From positions 61,095 to 125,094 of the forward strand of contig DATLOC010000053.1 of assembly GCA_035536455.1 (NCBI GenBank): DNA of 64,000 nt, written 5' to 3'. Positions within the stretch are counted from its first letter, which is position 1. Every line of letters starts with the position of its first letter. The notes below the pieces were generated by a model, which was given only the letters and a program-made list of their open reading frames with translations, did no database searches and was not told where the DNA came from. A program made the translations under genes and the position numbers. The DNA is from Thermoanaerobaculia bacterium (GTDB taxonomy: Bacteria > Acidobacteriota > Thermoanaerobaculia > Multivoradales > UBA5704). Below are positions 9,917-20,119 of the stretch, piece after piece.

Positions 9917-11998
9917 CTACTCGAAGGCGCAGACACTCTCGATGAGCGCCGCGTCGTGCGCCGTCCCGAGGCCCTGCTTCGTCGTCTTGAGCACCGTCAC
10001 CCAGCCCTGCGAGACGACCCCGAAGAGGTCGGTGTCGCGGTGGCCGAGGTCGATCTCGGTCCAGCCGAAGGGCTCGGTCACGTCGAGCGCCGCGCTGCCG
10101 ACGATGACCGCTTGGGTCGCCAGCGGGAAGCGCTCGCGGGTGGCCGGGAGCGTCGTCACCCCCTCCTCCTCGTCCCAGGCCACCAGCTCGGGGGCACCGA
10201 GCGGCGCCCACGACGGCGCGCCGCTGCAGTCGACCGGCGCCGCCGCAGCGCTCTTGGTGTCGCGCCAGACGGTGAGCACGGTCTCGGCCCCGCTCGTCCC
10301 GCCCTGCGCGTAGCTCGCCGCGAAGCGGGCCCCGAGCGGCTGGCGGTTGTCGCTCGCCTGGCCGCCGACGTAGCGGCCGTAGAAGGTATAGCCGGAGCCG
10401 TACGCCGTCTCGTCGGCCGCGATGTGCACCGCCTGCTCGCCCTGGGCGATCCGCTTGCGCGAGTCGACGTAGGCGTACTCGCCGAGGAGCACGTTGTCGT
10501 TGGCCGCCACGCCCAGGCCGCCCTGGACGAAGTAGCCCGCCGACGAGGGGTTGAGCGGCGAGCACGAGTTGACGACGTCCACCGTCACGTAGCCGGTCGC
10601 CAGGAGGCCCTGGCGGGGACTGGCGTGGCAGAGACCGCGCAGCTTGCGGCCGGTCAGGGCCCGCTGCAGCGGCTCGGCCGCCACCTGCGCCGGCGCCAGG
10701 GTGGCGCCGCAGCCGGCGAACTGGGTGGCGCCGTCGGAGAGCGCGCCGACCGGGCTCGTCGCCGCCCCGGTCTCCGGCAGGACGCCGTTCTCCAGGATGT
10801 CGCGCAGGTTGAGCGTCTGCACGTCGAAGCCGGAGAGGTAGAGGTTGAAGGTCAGGCTCGGGACCGCCCAGTCGCTCCACAGGGTGACGCTCACCAGGTG
10901 GGCGCGCGAGTCGGCGTTGGTGATCGAGAGCATCGTGGTGAGACCGTTCGGGGTGCCGAGATCGACGCCGAACCAGGGAACGAGCAGCGTCGCCGCCGGG
11001 CGCACCGAGACGCGGCAGTCGCCGCCGTCCGGGCAGGCCGGGCCTTCCGCCACGTCTTCGCAGGCGTCGCCGAGGCCGTCGCCATCGGCGTCGAGCTGGG
11101 CCGGGTTGGCCCCGAACGGACAGTTGTCGCAGGCGTCGCCGAGGCCGTCGAGGTCGACGTCGGCCTGGTCGGCGTTGACCGTCGCCGGACAGTTGTCGCC
11201 GAGGTCGCTGCCTTCACCGACGTCCCCGCCGCCGGGCGGGATCGGATCCACCGGCGGGAGGCCGCCGCCGGGGGGCGGAGTGCCGCCGCCGGGAGGCGGG
11301 GTTCCGCCGCCGGGAGGAGGCGGCTCGCCGCCGCCCGCCGGGGGAGGCGGAGGGGGCGGCGTTCCCAGGGTCGCCAGGTAGAAGGTCTCGAAGCCGCCGT
11401 CGGTGTCGCTGATCGTGGCCGCCAGGCCGACGCGGTTCTCGCCGTCGGCGAAAGCAAAGGCAGCCGAGGCCGGATCGTCGAGGACGAAAGCCCAGCCGGC
11501 GTTGCCGATGCCGGAGTCCGTGGCCTGGATGACCAGCGGCGCGTTGCCGAACGACGCCGTGAAGAGCAGCGCTCCGTCCGGGGCCAAGATGCGCAGCACC
11601 AGCGCCTCGATCCGCAGCCGGTTCTTCGTCCCGCCCTTGGGCTCGTTGGCGTTGAAGACGAGCAGGACCTGGTCGGCGGCAGGGTTGCCGACCTCGGCGA
11701 GCCGGCGGGTGAGGGTCTGCGAGGCCCCCTTCTTCTCGTTGCCGCCGGCGATCCCCGCCGGGCAGCCGGGCGCCCCGGGACCGAAGACGTCGGCGCTGCC
11801 GTTCCAGGAGACGCAGCCCGACTCCAGGTCCTGCTCCTGGATGGTGAGCAGCGTCTTGACGTGGCCGAGGCCGCTGCCCTGGTGCTGCACGGGGCCGGCA
11901 TAGCTGAGCCCCGCGCCGCGCGCGGCGGCCGGGACGATCAGCGCTGCGAAGGCGAGGACTGCGAGGAAGGGAAGTACACGACGACCGACAGGAACCAT
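9917..11998 (-). CDS. secreted multidomain protein: unknown N-domain, Pro/Gly-rich linker, thrombospondin type-3 (DxDxDGxxDxCDNCP) repeats, unknown ~360-aa C-domain
   Basis: ATG 11998 is preceded by GGAGG 9 nt upstream. Signal peptide [28 protein letters not shown]. Linker [37 protein letters not shown]3-like [46 protein letters not shown]. The C-domain is paralogous to 32616..33671. Confidence 0.8.
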   Translation of the reverse strand: MVPVGRRVLPFLAVLAFAALIVPAAARGAGLSYAGPVQHQGSGLGHVKTLLTIQEQDLESGCVSWNGSADVFGPGAPGCPAGIAGGNEKKGASQTLTRRLAEVGNPAADQVLLVFNANEPKGGTKNRLRIEALVLRILAPDGALLFTASFGNAPLVIQATDSGIGNAGWAFVLDDPASAAFAFADGENRVGLAATISDTDGGFETFYLATLGTPPPPPPPAGGGEPPPPGGGTPPPGGGTPPPGGGLPPVDPIPPGGGDVGEGSDLGDNCPATVNADQADVDLDGLGDACDNCPFGANPAQLDADGDGLGDACEDVAEGPACPDGGDCRVSVRPAATLLVPWFGVDLGTPNGLTTMLSITNADSRAHLVSVTLWSDWAVPSLTFNLYLSGFDVQTLNLRDILENGVLPETGAATSPVGALSDGATQFAGCGATLAPAQVAAEPLQRALTGRKLRGLCHASPRQGLLATGYVTVDVVNSCSPLNPSSAGYFVQGGLGVAANDNVLLGEYAYVDSRKRIAQGEQAVHIAADETAYGSGYTFYGRYVGGQASDNRQPLGARFAASYAQGGTSGAETVLTVWRDTKSAAAAPVDCSGAPSWAPLGAPELVAWDEEEGVTTLPATRERFPLATQAVIVGSAALDVTEPFGWTEIDLGHRDTDLFGVVSQGWVTVLKTTKQGLGTAHDAALIESVCAFE

Positions 11999-12167
11999 GA
12001 CTGGGAACCTCCGCTGATGTGCTGCATTCATGGTGAATTACCCGATTCCCCCACCCGCCCACTGCGCGGCAACAGCAACTCGAATGCCATCGACGGGCGC
12101 GCATAAACAGACGGCCGCGCGGCGGGGTCGCCGCGCGGCCGGATTGTCGATGCGGAGCGCTGCGGCG

Positions 12168-14915
12168 CTACGGGTTGCGCACCGTCTTCGCGACGCTGAT
12201 CTCGACCGCCTTCGCGCCGCCAAGCTGATCGATCACCTGCACGGTGTAGACGCCGGCGAGCGCGGGCGTGGCGTCGAGCCCGGACAGCGCGCTGCCCGCG
12301 ATCAGCGCGCCGCCGGAGGCGAGCAGGCCGCCGCCGGGTCCGACGAGCCGCACGAGGAGCGGCTTGGCGCTGCCTGCGACGACGACCGAGAGCTCCTCGG
12401 TCGCCGCGTCGGTCACCACCGTCGCCGTGGTCAACGCGCCGGGGAGGCCGGAGAGCGTCCCGGCGCGCAGCTCGGTGAGCGAGCGGCTGAGCGGCGCCGA
12501 CTCGTCGGCGTCGGCGGTGCCGCGCGCGGGCGCGATCTCGAAGGCGTCGAGCGTCGCGATCCCGGAGCGGTGGGCGACGACGATCTCGTGCGTCCCCTCG
12601 CCGAGCCCGTCGAAGGTTGCCGAAGCGCCGAAAGCGGGATCGGCCGTCGGGCCGGCGAAAGAGACGGTCCGCGCCAGCGCGCCGTCGATCGAGACGTCGG
12701 CCGTGCCGCCGGCGCTCGAGGTGGCGTAGAAGTAAGTGATCGCGGAGCCTGCGAAGACCAGCCGCGCGGTGGGGTTCGCCCCGCCGCCGCCGTTCTTGCC
12801 GCCGACCCGCCGGTGGTAGCTGCCGCCGGAGGCGCCGGCCGCCTCCTTCCGGTGCCAGCCGCCGGCGTACTCGATCGCCGGGTCGTCGTTCTCGACGCGT
12901 AGCGGCTCGGCGCGCAGCGACGGCCCCGCCGTCTGGCGGACGACGATGCCGTCCATCCGGCTCGCGGCGGCGCCGAAGGTGTCGCAGTCGGCGTCGCAGG
13001 TGTCCACCCCCGCCGCCCAGAAGCCCTGGGCGAAGGCCGGCGCCTCGGCCGGCGGCACCTCGACGTCGAGGAAGTCGAACATGCCGGCGCAGCGCCCGGG
13101 GCCGCAGTTGCCGCGGTGGACCGGCTGCGCCGGGTTGTTGGCGACGTCGAAGACGAAGAGCGGGTCGGCGTCGAGCGCGTTGGTCGAGACGACCTCGTAG
13201 AGGTTCCATGGCCGCTGCGCGTCGCCGCGGTCGCCAACGACGGTGCCCGGGAAGTGGATGACGATCCGGCCGGGGTCGCCGGCGTCGATCGTCGGGAAGT
13301 TGACCTCCTGCACACCCGGCGGGGCGATCATCAGCGGCGCGCTCCAGGTGAGGCCGTGGTCGCGCGAGATGGTCAAGTAGGGCAGGCGGTCGTTCTCGTC
13401 CCACCAGGTCATGTAGAGGTTGTCGGCGAGATCGACCGCGGTGGTGTTCTCGTGCTCGGTGCCGGGGAGCGGGATGTCGCGGTTGGCGAAGACCCGCTGC
13501 CAGCTCATGGCACCGTCCTCCGAGATGGCGATGCCGGGGAGGCCGCAGCGCCCGGCCGGCAGGAACACCCGCCCGGCGCTGTCGGTGCGCAGGTGCGCCG
13601 TCAGGCCGCCGCAGAGGCCGGGCACGCCCTCGTGCGGCCCGGGCCCGGTGTTGTCGGGCTCGAAGCCCTGGAACGCGAAGCCCGCCTTGGTGAAGGTCTG
13701 GCCGCCGTCGAAGCTGCGCAGGCAGGGACTGACGGCGACGGTGTTGTAGCAGACGTAGACCACCTTGCCGTAGAGCAGGTCGACCAGCGGCGCCACGTCC
13801 GGCGTCGGCGGGCCGGAGAAGATCGTCTGGTGGTCGGTGACGCCGGCGTCCACGACCACCGGGTTGCGCCCCCAGGTTTCCCCCTCGTCATCCGAGAAAA
13901 GCAGCCACATGCCGCCGCCGTCGTAGGTGTCGAGGCTGAAGACGCGGCCGGTGTCCTCGTCGACGTAGACCATCGGGTCGCCGTTGACCGGCGGCTCGCT
14001 CTTGAGCGGCTCGGGGAGCTCGGGCGAGACTGACACCCAGGTGGCGCCGCCGTCGCGCGAGCGCATGACGAGGGTGCGCGGCAGCACCACGGCGGCGCCG
14101 TCGAAGGTCGCCGCGGCGTAGAAGGCGGTGCCGCTCTTGAGAATGCCGAGCGTCGGCTCCGCGGCGCCGCGGCCGATGGGGTGGATGGCCGTCTCGAGCG
14201 CCGGCCCGTCGTAGGCGGCGAGGGTGTTGGGGTTGCCGGCGAAGTCGGGGGTGGTGCCGGCGGAGACGCGGGTGCCGTGGTAGGCGCCCGAGGTGATCGT
14301 CGGCGGCACCGGCAGCGGCTCTCCGACCGCGGCGAAGACCGGGTTGAGGCGGATCGGGAAGGAGGAGACGGCGCCGTTCGGCGGGTCCTCGGCATCCGTC
14401 GTCGCGTCGATGAGATCGACGAGCAGCTCGCCGTTGGCGGGCGCGATGTTGGCCGAGGGGATGACGCCGGCGACGGCGGTCGGGTTCGTCGTCGCGGAGA
14501 TGAAGATCACCGCCACCGCCCCCGCCGCCGCGGCGTTGTTGGAGATGAGGGCGAACGGCGTCGCCGGCAGGGTCGGGTCCGTCAGCTTGACGAGCCCGAT
14601 CCGCCCTCGCGCCGACGCCGGCCACTCCGCGAGCGTCTGGCCGTTGCGCACGAAGACGTAGCGTTGGGCCATGGATCCCACCGGCGGCGCCGGCGTGCCG
14701 GCCATCGGGTAGAGGCCGAGGTTCTGCGGCTGCCCCGCGGCCGCCGGCAGGTCCTCGGCGGGGACCACGGCGCCCGTCGTGTTCGCATCCACCGCGGACG
14801 CCTCGAGCACGTCCACCGACCACCCCTGCCCCGCCGCCGGCGCCGCGTCGGCGGCGCCGAGCAGCAGGACGAGGCAGGAAAGAAGCTGGATCGGGTGCTG
14901 CAAGCGCTGGCTCAT
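12168..14915 (-). CDS. secreted BNR/Asp-box beta-propeller (sialidase-fold-like) protein with N-terminal PA-like domain and C-terminal beta-sandwich domains
   Basis: 915 aa with signal peptide MSQRLQHPIQLLSCLVLLLGAADA. Asp-box motifs SRDGGATW, SDDEGETW, SFDGGQTF, SEDGAMSW, SRDHGLTW. The enzymatic function cannot be inferred. Confidence 0.8.
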   Translation of the reverse strand: MSQRLQHPIQLLSCLVLLLGAADAAPAAGQGWSVDVLEASAVDANTTGAVVPAEDLPAAAGQPQNLGLYPMAGTPAPPVGSMAQRYVFVRNGQTLAEWPASARGRIGLVKLTDPTLPATPFALISNNAAAAGAVAVIFISATTNPTAVAGVIPSANIAPANGELLVDLIDATTDAEDPPNGAVSSFPIRLNPVFAAVGEPLPVPPTITSGAYHGTRVSAGTTPDFAGNPNTLAAYDGPALETAIHPIGRGAAEPTLGILKSGTAFYAAATFDGAAVVLPRTLVMRSRDGGATWVSVSPELPEPLKSEPPVNGDPMVYVDEDTGRVFSLDTYDGGGMWLLFSDDEGETWGRNPVVVDAGVTDHQTIFSGPPTPDVAPLVDLLYGKVVYVCYNTVAVSPCLRSFDGGQTFTKAGFAFQGFEPDNTGPGPHEGVPGLCGGLTAHLRTDSAGRVFLPAGRCGLPGIAISEDGAMSWQRVFANRDIPLPGTEHENTTAVDLADNLYMTWWDENDRLPYLTISRDHGLTWSAPLMIAPPGVQEVNFPTIDAGDPGRIVIHFPGTVVGDRGDAQRPWNLYEVVSTNALDADPLFVFDVANNPAQPVHRGNCGPGRCAGMFDFLDVEVPPAEAPAFAQGFWAAGVDTCDADCDTFGAAASRMDGIVVRQTAGPSLRAEPLRVENDDPAIEYAGGWHRKEAAGASGGSYHRRVGGKNGGGGANPTARLVFAGSAITYFYATSSAGGTADVSIDGALARTVSFAGPTADPAFGASATFDGLGEGTHEIVVAHRSGIATLDAFEIAPARGTADADESAPLSRSLTELRAGTLSGLPGALTTATVVTDAATEELSVVVAGSAKPLLVRLVGPGGGLLASGGALIAGSALSGLDATPALAGVYTVQVIDQLGGAKAVEISVAKTVRNP

Positions 14916-15039
14916 GACCGTCCCTCCTCGGCCGGCGTCAGGGCCGGCCTTTGAGAGCGGTCATCTCAAATCGAAGGGGCGGCGTCCATCGGGGAAAACC
15001 CCCAGCGCGGGCGGGGAGTTGGCCTCAGGGGGCGGTAGC

Positions 15040-15504
15040 ATGACCTCCATGAGCCGACCGCACGCCACGTCCCGGGACCTCGCCACGCTCGACGACTTCG
15101 CGCCGGGCCAGAGCGCTTCCTTCTCGAAGACGATCGGCGAGGTGGAGCTGGCGCTCTTCGTGGCGTTGAGCGGCGACGTCAACCCGCTGCACGTCGACGA
15201 GGAGTTCGCGCGCCGGACGTTCTTCGGCGGCCGCATCGCCCACGGCCTGCTCTCGGCGTCCCTCCTCTCGACGGTGATCGGCACCCTCCTCCCCGGCACC
15301 GGCGCGATCTACAAGGGCCAGAGCCTGCGCTTCCTCCGCCCCGTCCGCCCGGGCGACACCCTGACGGCGACGGTCGAGGTGCGCGACGTCGACCGCGCCC
15401 GCGGCGACCTCCACTTGGCCACCTGGATCGCCAACCAGCGCGGCGAGCGGGTCATCGAAGGCGAAGCGGTCATCGGGCTCCTGCGCCAGCTGCGCGACGC
15501 CTGA
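15040..15504 (+). CDS. MaoC-like (R)-specific enoyl-CoA hydratase / dehydratase
   Basis: The hot-dog fold hydratase motif LSGDVNPLHVDEEFARRTFFGGRIAHG is present. ATG 15040 (or 15049) is in frame with the 14779 ORF-track start. Confidence 0.85.
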   Translation: MTSMSRPHATSRDLATLDDFAPGQSASFSKTIGEVELALFVALSGDVNPLHVDEEFARRTFFGGRIAHGLLSASLLSTVIGTLLPGTGAIYKGQSLRFLRPVRPGDTLTATVEVRDVDRARGDLHLATWIANQRGERVIEGEAVIGLLRQLRDA

Positions 15505-15608
15505 GCCTTTTTCCCCCGGTGCGCTGAGGTGATCCCCTCATTGCGCCGCGGGCGCGGGTGAGTTATGTCTTGCGGCTGCCGGACCTTGAGTCCGCGGGAG
15601 GGAACGCC

Positions 15609-17222
15609 ATGAGACCATCCGCCGCCAGCCGCTTCGCCGCCGTCGTCCTACTCGTCGCCCTCGCGCCGCTCGCCGCGCACGCGGCGACGCCGCCGGCCGG
15701 GACGGTCTCCTCCACCTCGCCCAGCGCCGCCTGGACCGGAGGGCCATTCCTGGTCTCGAACCCGGCCGGCTGCACGGGCGTCGACCCCGGGTGCGACCAC
15801 TACGCGCTCACGATCGTCCCGCCGGCGCGCGGCAGCTACGTCGTCGAGATCACGACCGAGCCGGCAAACGCGAGCGACGACTACGACCTCTTCGTCTTCA
15901 ACGCCGAAGGTGATGAGGTCGGCAGCTCGGCCTCCTCCGGCGGTCGCGAGCGGGTGAGCCTGATCGACCCGCCGGCCGGCACCTACACCGTCGAGGTACA
16001 GGCCTTCTTGGTCGCAACCGGCTCCACTTACGGCGGCGCCGCCGCGCTCGGGCCGCTCGACGGGCGCGAGTCCACCAAGTGGACGATCACCTACCACGGC
16101 CAGTGCTGTGAGGGGAACCTCGCCTCCTCGGGTTCGATGAACTACGTCCTGCTGCCCGAGCTCCTGACCGGCAACGACATCAAGCGGAGCGACGACGGCG
16201 GCCTCACCTGGGAGAAGACCTACCCGCCGGTGGATGCCTCGATCCCCTTCGGCATCGAGGGGGACCTGCGCGCCTACGGCGACGACGTGGTCTTCTTCGG
16301 CACGCAGCTCGCGAACGGTGTGGCGGCGCGGAGCGACGACCGCGGCGCCACCTGGACGATGACCCAGATCCCGGTCGCCTTCGCCGCCAACGACCAGGCC
16401 TGGCAATACCTCGGCCCGATCCAGTACTGCCCGCTGCAGACGGTCCCCTACGTCCTCGCCGGCTGGTACCGCATCGGGTCGGTCGCGCTCTTCTCCTGCG
16501 ACGGCGGGCTGACCTGGCCGATCCAGACGCCGCTCCCCGGCGCCAACGGCTCGGGGCCGGCGCACGTGGTCTGCCAGCAGACCGCCCGCCCCGGCTGGCC
16601 GGCCGGCGACACGCGCGTCAGCGACGAGCGCTTCGCGACGATGAAAGCCGGCCGTCACGGCGGCTTCGGCACCGACGGTCGCTTCTATTGGACGCAGGTC
16701 TCGGGCGACGAGCTCTTCGTCTGCCGCACGCGGAACTTCGGCGCCACCTGGGAGGGGATCCGCCACCCGCTCGCCGAGGGCACTCCCGCCGGCCAGCCGG
16801 TGACGACCTTCGCCTTCGATCAGAACGGCACGCTCTACATCCTGCACGCCAACAAGCTGTACGTGAGCTTTGACCAGGGGGAGAGCTTTCGCTACGTCCA
16901 CACCCTGCCGAAGTGGGGGAACGACCCGTCGGTCGGCGACAGCGGCTCGGCGGAGTTCTTCGTCGTCAACGACGGCACAATCCACGTCGGCTTGAAAGAG
17001 GCGAGCCCCGACGGCGCTTCGCGCCTCTTCTACCTGCGCGGCAAGCACGTCGACACCGACCGCCCCGGCTGGCGCTCGGAGCTGGTGGACACGGTCGGCG
17101 CCGTGCGCCTCGACTTCATGCAGATCACGGTGGACGGCAACGGCATCCCGACGCTCGGCTACACGACTCCGCCGGACTTCACGCTCGGGGTGACGACGGC
17201 GAGCCGGCGCTCGCCGTTGTAG
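15609..17222 (+). CDS. secreted BNR/Asp-box beta-propeller protein with N-terminal pre-peptidase-C-terminal-like domain
   Basis: ATG 15609 follows GGGAGGG. Signal peptide MRPSAASRFAAVVLLVALAPLAAHA. The DDYDLFVFNAEGDEV...GTYTVEVQAF segment is PPC-like. Asp-boxes SDDGGLTW, SDDRGATW, SCDGGLTW. Confidence 0.8.
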   Translation: MRPSAASRFAAVVLLVALAPLAAHAATPPAGTVSSTSPSAAWTGGPFLVSNPAGCTGVDPGCDHYALTIVPPARGSYVVEITTEPANASDDYDLFVFNAEGDEVGSSASSGGRERVSLIDPPAGTYTVEVQAFLVATGSTYGGAAALGPLDGRESTKWTITYHGQCCEGNLASSGSMNYVLLPELLTGNDIKRSDDGGLTWEKTYPPVDASIPFGIEGDLRAYGDDVVFFGTQLANGVAARSDDRGATWTMTQIPVAFAANDQAWQYLGPIQYCPLQTVPYVLAGWYRIGSVALFSCDGGLTWPIQTPLPGANGSGPAHVVCQQTARPGWPAGDTRVSDERFATMKAGRHGGFGTDGRFYWTQVSGDELFVCRTRNFGATWEGIRHPLAEGTPAGQPVTTFAFDQNGTLYILHANKLYVSFDQGESFRYVHTLPKWGNDPSVGDSGSAEFFVVNDGTIHVGLKEASPDGASRLFYLRGKHVDTDRPGWRSELVDTVGAVRLDFMQITVDGNGIPTLGYTTPPDFTLGVTTASRRSPL

Positions 17223-17270
17223 GAGAGACGGAGAGCTACGCCGGTGATCGCAGGCGAGGCGGTCGTCGGG

Positions 17271-17777
17271 TTAGTGCGGCGGCTGCGGCAGGACGGCTGA
17301 GTCTCCGCCGCCCGCGGCCGCCCAGCGGGCGCGCAGCGCTTCCACCCGCCGCCGGTTGACGCCGCGGTCGGAGATGCCGATGCGGGAGCCGGAGCGCAGG
17401 TGGACGACCTTCGCTTCCGGATCGACCTGGCCTTCGAGGTCGTCGACGAAGCCGAAGAAGCGCGAGCGGAGCTCGGCGTGGAGGTAGCCGCCGACGCGCT
17501 GGACGACGCGGCTGCGCGGCAGGGCGGCGACGGCCGCGGCCAGGCGCTCCATGGCCGCTTCCGCCTCCCCCGCGAACGGCAGCGGCTCGACCGCCCGCCC
17601 GCCGCAGCCGGGCTGCGAGCAGACGCAGTTGGTGGCGAGCCGGCAGGGGCGGAGACGGCCGTCCTTCAGGCCGCGCGTGCGCGGGCGCCGCGACTGCGCC
17701 GCCAGCCAGGCGAGGTACGCCGAGTAGGCCGCGGCGAGGGCGGCGAGGACGAGGAGGGTGAGGAGACCGCCGGACAT
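17271..17777 (-). CDS. DUF1499-family protein with N-terminal membrane anchor
   Basis: ATG 17777 (MSGGLLTLLVLAALAAAYSAYLAWL). YLHAELRSRFFGFVDDLEGQVD...LRSGSRIGISDRGVNRRRVEAL matches the DUF1499 signature as I remember it. Confidence 0.65.
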   Translation of the reverse strand: MSGGLLTLLVLAALAAAYSAYLAWLAAQSRRPRTRGLKDGRLRPCRLATNCVCSQPGCGGRAVEPLPFAGEAEAAMERLAAAVAALPRSRVVQRVGGYLHAELRSRFFGFVDDLEGQVDPEAKVVHLRSGSRIGISDRGVNRRRVEALRARWAAAGGGDSAVLPQPPH

Positions 17778-17821
17778 GGCGGAAGCGCGGCGCCGGCGAG
17801 GCCGCGGGCGCGCGCGGGGGG

Positions 17822-19255
17822 CTAGGCGGCCGCCTCGCCCGACGTGCGGTGGGCGCGGAGGAAGGTCTCCGGCTTGCTGAAGACCTTGGCCAGGTTCATC
17901 CCCTTGCGCACCGCGCCGAGCGAGACCTTGCCGGTGGCCAGCGCGGCGCCGAGCTGGAAGTAGGTGCGCGCCTTGCCGCGGTGGCGGTAGCGCACCTCGA
18001 GGGCATGCCGCCAGAGGCGCGAGTACTCGGCGTAGAACTCCTCGAGCGGCAGCTTCGTCGGCAGCACGGTGTGGACGATGTCGTACATCTCCCAGTCGTG
18101 CGTCGTGACGTTCTGCTTCGCCGTCTCCCAGAGGTCGGTGCCGGGCAGCGGCGTCAGGATCGAGAAGCCGCTGTTGTAGGCGGCGGTCGTCGCGATCCAC
18201 TCGCGCAGGCGGGCAAAGTCCTCGCGGTCCCACGCCGGATCGACGATGAAGTTGGGGGTGAAGCCGACGCCCATCTCCTTGAGGATCTCGATCGCCCGCC
18301 GGTTGTTGGCCGCCGTGTTGTGCTTGTTGACCAGCTCGAGCCCCGCGTCGGTGACCGATTCGAGGCCGAGGAAGATCGCCAGGTTGCCGCACCCCTTCCA
18401 CAGCTCGATCAGGTGCGGGAACTTGCAGATGATGTCGGTGCGGGTCTGGACGGTGAAGTACTTCTTGATCCCGGCCGCCTGGATGGCGCGCGCGATCTGC
18501 TCGCTGCGCCGCACGTCCATCCAGAAGATGTCGTCGATGACGAAGATGTTCTCGGCCTCGATGGCCTGCAGCTCGGCGACGACGCGCTCGGCCGACTTCT
18601 CCCGGAACGTGCTGTCGTGGAACTTCCAGACCGAGCAGAAGTTGCACTTGAAGGGGCAGCCGCGCGCCATCTCGATCAGCGCCAGGGGCTTCCTGAAGTT
18701 GATGTAGTAGTGCGGCGCGTACTCGGCGATCAGGTGCCGCGCCGGCAGGGCGTAGGAATCGAGGTCGGCGCGCATCGGCGCGCAGCCGGTGGCGACGGGC
18801 CGGCCGTCGACGTTGAGCAGGAGGCCGGGCGCCTGGCGCAGGTCGCCGCCGCGCTCCAGCGCCTCGACCAGCGGCGGCATGACCTCCTCGCCGTCGCCGA
18901 TCGCCACCGCGTCCACGCCCTCGCCGATGAACCACTCCGGCTGGCGCGAGGCGTCGTGGCCGCCGATGACGATGAAGGCCTCGGGGAGCATCTGCTTGAC
19001 CTGGCGGACGAGCCGCAGGGTGCGCCGCCTTTCGGTCGTAAAGTTGCACTGCAGGCCGACGACCCGTGGCGCGAAGTCGCGGCAGCGCGCCAGCCCCTTC
19101 TCCTCGCCGTCGATGCGCAGGTCGAAGACCGCGCAGCGGTGCCCCGCTTCCTCCAGCTGGGCGGCGACGCAGATCATCCCCAGCGGCTCGACGAAGGTGA
19201 GCATCTCGAGCCCGAGGATGCCGCCGATCGGCGGCTTCAGAAAGGCGACGTTCAT
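17822..19255 (-). CDS. B12-binding-domain radical SAM protein (class B)
   Basis: N-terminal Rossmann-type B12-binding-like domain (VVGLQCNFTT...IVIGGHDAS) followed by the CxxxCxxC cluster motif MARGCPFKCNFCSVW. 477 aa. Substrate unknown. Confidence 0.85.
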   Translation of the reverse strand: MNVAFLKPPIGGILGLEMLTFVEPLGMICVAAQLEEAGHRCAVFDLRIDGEEKGLARCRDFAPRVVGLQCNFTTERRRTLRLVRQVKQMLPEAFIVIGGHDASRQPEWFIGEGVDAVAIGDGEEVMPPLVEALERGGDLRQAPGLLLNVDGRPVATGCAPMRADLDSYALPARHLIAEYAPHYYINFRKPLALIEMARGCPFKCNFCSVWKFHDSTFREKSAERVVAELQAIEAENIFVIDDIFWMDVRRSEQIARAIQAAGIKKYFTVQTRTDIICKFPHLIELWKGCGNLAIFLGLESVTDAGLELVNKHNTAANNRRAIEILKEMGVGFTPNFIVDPAWDREDFARLREWIATTAAYNSGFSILTPLPGTDLWETAKQNVTTHDWEMYDIVHTVLPTKLPLEEFYAEYSRLWRHALEVRYRHRGKARTYFQLGAALATGKVSLGAVRKGMNLAKVFSKPETFLRAHRTSGEAAA

Positions 19256-19273
19256 GGGAGCGTGGATCTTACC

Positions 19274-20119
19274 TCATGGCTCCAGCCAGAGGCCGACGGC
19301 GACGCTGCTCTCGTCGAAGAGGAAGAGCTCGCCGAGCGCCATGCGGCCATCGTAGAGGGCGACGCCGAGGCGCCAGCGACGGTCGCCGGCCGGCACGGAG
19401 AGGCCGAGGTGGAGGCTCGAATCGAGGCGCCAGTCCTGCTCCTGCATTGTCTCCAGGTTCGCGGCCGCGTACCAGCCGAGCCGCTCCCGCGCGCGGAACG
19501 GGCGGTGCAGCTCGGCGCCGGACTGCAGGCGCCCGCGCTCTTGGCCGAGCTCCCGCTTGACCCTGTAACTCCACCCCGCTTCGCCGTAGAGCCGCGCGCC
19601 GCGGGCATCGCTCCACGCCAGGCCGGCCGCGGCCTCCTCGCGGGTGTAGCCGAGCCGCCGGCGCCCGGTGCGCTCGGCGTACTCGTCGCCGACGTGGGCG
19701 GAGACGTGCTTGGTACCGAGCTGCAGGCTGACGCCGCGGCCGAGGCGGGTGCTGGCGAGAAAGCCGTAGGTGCCGTCCCAGCCGATGTTGTCGAGCGAGT
19801 GCGCGAGATCGAACTGGCCGAGGAAGCCGGCGTGGATGTCGAGCTGCCAGCCGCCGTCGGGCTCGCCTTCGCGGTGCACGCGGAAGAGTCCGAAGCGGCC
19901 GCCGAGCTTGAGCCCCACCCGGTTCGCTCCCGAGTCGGGCACCTCGGGGTCGGGCACGCGCAAGAGCGCCATCCCGAACTCCGGGCTGCGCGGGTCGGCG
20001 GTGTAGTGCGGGTAGAGGCGCTCGGAGGGGAAGAGGCGCACGTTCGCGGCGTCGGCCGCGGCGGGAGCGAGCAGGAGCGCACCCGCGGCCAGCGCGGCGG
20101 CGAGGGACTGAGGCGGCAT
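19274..20119 (-). CDS. DUF1207-family putative outer-membrane protein
   Basis: ATG 20119 with signal peptide MPPQSLAAALAAGALLLAPAAADA. LFPSERLYPHYTADPRSPEF and GTKHVSAHVGDEY resemble DUF1207 (assignment from memory). Its stop lies 18 nt upstream of the rSAM gene start. Confidence 0.6.
   Translation of the reverse strand: MPPQSLAAALAAGALLLAPAAADAANVRLFPSERLYPHYTADPRSPEFGMALLRVPDPEVPDSGANRVGLKLGGRFGLFRVHREGEPDGGWQLDIHAGFLGQFDLAHSLDNIGWDGTYGFLASTRLGRGVSLQLGTKHVSAHVGDEYAERTGRRRLGYTREEAAAGLAWSDARGARLYGEAGWSYRVKRELGQERGRLQSGAELHRPFRARERLGWYAAANLETMQEQDWRLDSSLHLGLSVPAGDRRWRLGVALYDGRMALGELFLFDESSVAVGLWLEP

Noticed and set aside
11228-11362. Pro/Gly-rich nucleotide repeat (ggcgg/gggg/ccgcc runs) as a possible DNA satellite
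   Set aside because: It lies in frame inside a well-supported secreted protein gene and encodes a (G3-x-P3-4) linker between domains. It is a coding low-complexity region.
17822-19255. Specific call of the B12-rSAM protein as hopanoid C-3 methylase HpnR, or as a tetraether/membrane-spanning-lipid synthase
   Set aside because: The size and domain order are compatible, but I cannot run the HMMs. No squalene-hopene cyclase or other hpn genes are nearby. I left it as generic class-B radical SAM.
9917-20119. Calling the block between luxE-like and luxC-like a mobile element or genomic island
   Set aside because: I recognised no integrase, transposase, tRNA gene or flanking direct repeats, and I cannot compute compositional deviation reliably by eye. 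It is left as an open question in the findings.
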